Part shown: piece after piece, positions 61,167 through 64,000 of the stretch
Layout of the letters: every line of letters starts with the position of its first letter
Numbering within the stretch: position 1 is the first letter of the stretch
Origin: Octopus sinensis
Lineage: Eukaryota
NCBI RefSeq assembly: GCF_006345805.1
Contig: NC_042998.1
Span: 9,982,001 to 10,046,000, forward strand
Direction of reading: 5' to 3'
Length of the DNA: 64,000 bases
The notes under the pieces: model-generated
The model's database searches: none
What the model was told of the DNA's origin: nothing
Seen by the model: the letters and a program-made list of their open reading frames with translations, nothing else
Translations under genes and position numbers: made by a program

Positions 61167-61465
61167 CAACAATACTACCACTATATAATGCCATCATTAT
61201 AACCACGACGACTACTATTACTAACATCACCCTACCACCACCACCGCCACCACCACTATCACCACCACCACCACTACCTCTATCACCATCACCACCACCA
61301 TCACTACCACCAACAACACTATAAAACACCTTTACTATCATTACGACTATCACCACTAACATCACCGCCACCACCACCACCTCACCAGCATCGCCACTAC
61401 CACCACCACCACCACCACCTCACCAGCATCGCCACCACTACCACCACCACCACTAACATCATCAG
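61015..61465. repeat. Degenerate (CAT/ACC/ACT)n trinucleotide tract
   Basis: Directly visible. Confidence 0.9.
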
Positions 61466-61849
61466 CACTGGCTGTCTCTCCCTCCCCCCCTCTCTCTCAC
61501 TCTAACTGCAGCACCACCCTTTGGGTCTCCACCTTCTCCTATCGAGGTACGACGTAGCTGGTATTTTATGATTTTTATTTGCTGGTAGTGTTTCAAACAA
61601 GCAGTAAACTGTGAAACTGCCTTTTTCCGCTCCTAAACAACACCAAAAAACACCATAAACAGTAACTCGATAACTAATGGAACCAACGCTAACGACTACC
61701 CGACCCCCATCTCTCTTCCTCCTCTCTCTCCCCTATCTTAAAAGGCTTAAAACTATTTATTGGTTTTAATTGTATTTATATATATTATTAATATTGTTTT
61801 TTTTTCCTTTTTCAAATTCCAGTCCACAGTATCACTCACCGTTACCAAT

Positions 61850-62130
61850 GTAATAGTCTCGGTTTGCAAACAGGCTCAAATCACTGCCAAAAGGAATCAA
61901 TGACCGTCTCGTTGGCGGTACGCATGCCACCATTGTAAAGTACCCTACGCCTCAACCATGACCTACACGGATGAATCAAAAGTAGCCTTCTCTATGATGA
62001 CCTCAGTGGAGTAATTTGAGGAATGCCAAGCAAAGACAAGCTAATCCTCCTCCTAGGGGATTTTGATGCCTGAATTGGTAAGGATGGCTCCAGAGGTGCA
62101 GCCATGTTTTAAAGTTAGGGGAAGGGAGCA
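61850..62130 (+). mobile_element. RTE-clade LINE apurinic-endonuclease fragment (decayed)
   Basis: LPKGINDRL, TMTYTDESKVAF and YDDLSGVI*GMPSKDKLILLLGDFDA*IGKD, with frameshifts; typical RTE APE motifs (GDFNA). Confidence 0.85.
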
Positions 62131-62159
62131 CACTAATAAAAGAAAAAGGCGCTGTGACA

Positions 62160-62572
62160 CAGGCACAGGAGTGGCTGTGTGGTAAGTAGCTTGCTAACCA
62201 ACCACATGGTTCCGGGTTCAGTCCCATGCGTGGCATCTTGGGCAAGTGTCTTCTGCTATAGCCCGGGCCGACCAATGCCTTGTGAGTGGATTTGGTAGAC
62301 GGAAACTGAAAGAAGCCTGTCGTATATATATATATTATATATATATGTATGTGTGTGTGTATATGTTGTGTGCCTGTGTTGTCCCCCTAGCTTGCTTGAC
62401 AACCGATGCTGGTGTGTTTACGTCCCCGTAACTTAACGGTTCGGCAAAAGAGATCGATAGAATAAGTACTGGGCTTTCAAAGAATAAGTCCCGGGGTCGA
62501 TTTGCTCGACTAAAGGCGGTGCTCCAGCATGGCCGCAGTCAAATGACTGAAACAAGTAAAAGAGTAAAAGAG
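62160..62572 (+). mobile_element. SINE family A
   Basis: Full-length copy. Confidence 0.9.
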
Positions 62573-62937
62573 ATACCATACGATTTTTAACTCATTTCTC
62601 TTACATTGCGCTAAATATTTCTTTAATTATACGTAATTGTGTTTTGCATTCATTAATTTCATGTTGCAGTAACAATGTCATTGTCTATGGAACTTACAAC
62701 TACTGATATATAGGTGTGACATGAAAAAGATGCAACTCCAAGAGATCGTCCAGCGTCGAGAAGTAGTGATTTCTGGGTCTGTTTAGGTTCTTCAGATGTC
62801 AGTAGCCAACTAATGCATAACAGGAGTTTGAGCAGACAGTTCAAAAGCACGGGATATGGGTCAAATGAAGTTATGGCTCCAGAAAGTTCTTCCAGAGCCA
62901 TGCGATTAACGAAAAAAAATAATTTTTAAAAAAGTGC

Positions 62938-63372
62938 GTGGAAGTGGCTGTGTGGTAAGTAGCTTGCTTACGAACCACATGGTTCCGGGTTCAGTCCCAC
63001 TGTGTGGCACCTTGGGCAAGTGTCTTCTACCATAACCTCGGGCCGACCAAAACCTTGTGAGTGGATTTGGTAGACGGAAACCGAAAGAAGCCTGTCGTAT
63101 ACATGTTTATATATATATATATATGTGTGTGTCTGTGTGTGTGTGTGTGTGTTTGCGTGTCTGTGTTTGTCCCCCCAACATCACCTGACAACCGATGCTG
63201 GTGTGTTTACGTCCTAGTAACTTAGCGGTTCGGCAAAAGAGACCGATAGAATAAGTACTAGGCTTCCAAAGAATAAGTCCTGGGGTCGATTTGCTGGACG
63301 AAAGGCGGTACTCCAGCATGGCCACAGTCAAATAACTGAAACAAGTAAAAGAGTAAAAGAGTAAAGAGAGTA
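62938..63372 (+). mobile_element. SINE family A
   Basis: Full-length copy with (AAAAGAGT)n tail. Confidence 0.9.
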
Positions 63373-64000
63373 AAGTCGCTAATTTTGAAAAATCTGCTCG
63401 CGAGCAGCGGTCGCTCTCCTTGCTCCCCGATTACCTATACCACTGGATGGCTCTACATCAGTGGTTCTCAACCGGCGTTCATATGGCTCCTGAGGGTCCA
63501 TATAAGTTTTTAAACATCGAATGGCTATGGGGGTCCACCAAGATAAAATAGTAATTAAAGGGGTCCATACTCTAACTTGTTTCAGTACACACGCGGTCAC
63601 ATTTTGAATGTGTGTGTGTCTCACAACCGCTTGACAACTGCTTTTAGTTTCATTACGTTCTCGTAACTTTGTGGATCGGCAAAATGAACCGATGGAATAA
63701 TTACCAGGCTTTAGAAAATAGTACTGCAGCCATGCTGGGGCACAACATTGATCAGTCTAGTTGAACAAATTGACCCCAATACTTGTTTTCTAAAGTCTAG
63801 TCCTCACGGGAGAACCTAAGTCATTGGATGTATAAAAAGAGACTGGTTGGTCACGTCCAGAAAACATTTGATCATAGTTATTGCCCAATCAGAGCTGACT
63901 TCGAGTTACAAAATTATGGCAAGCAAATGAGCAGGGATGGTACGTGCAGTTAAGAAGATCGCTTCGCAGCCACGTGGGTTCGGCGTTAATCCTTACTGCA

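Noticed and set aside
62659-62901. 80-aa minus-strand ORF and its open antisense frame
   Set aside because: No convincing splice sites or recognisable motif.
111-63624. Many recurrent ORFs (e.g. ..RQASFSFRLPNPLTR..VPRSGTEPGTMWLVSKLL.., ..RPRKDERQSRPRRNLN..)
   Set aside because: They are reading frames across SINE copies, not genes.

Overview
Repeat-dominated, AT-rich animal genomic DNA. The tRNA-derived SINE families and microsatellite load look like an octopus (coleoid cephalopod) genome; this is recognition from memory, not a database result. Most of the window is SINEs (at least 4 families, many with target-site duplications, TSDs), MITEs (mariner, hAT/Charlie-like, Merlin-like, Helitron-like), decayed LINE fragments (CR1/L2-like, RTE, HERO/NeSL-like RLE, Penelope-like) and microsatellites. 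I recognise no named host gene. A set of short, phase-compatible minus-strand exons (about 9.1-25.9 kb, perhaps up to 36.8 kb) suggests an uncharacterised intron-rich gene, with one candidate exon carrying an in-frame TAA. Two signals stand out. (1) There are many hammerhead-ribozyme (HHR) motifs on both strands, in short elements that mostly sit in or end at (TA)n/(CA)n tracts. These include two well-formed ribozymes (46088+, 55702+), unusual core variants, and a link to a Penelope-like endonuclease fossil. (2) A roughly 2 kb array of ~490-bp tandem repeats folds back into a near-perfect ~0.8 kb-arm palindrome (17448-19484). Almost all ORFs in the supplied track are repeat-derived and were rejected.
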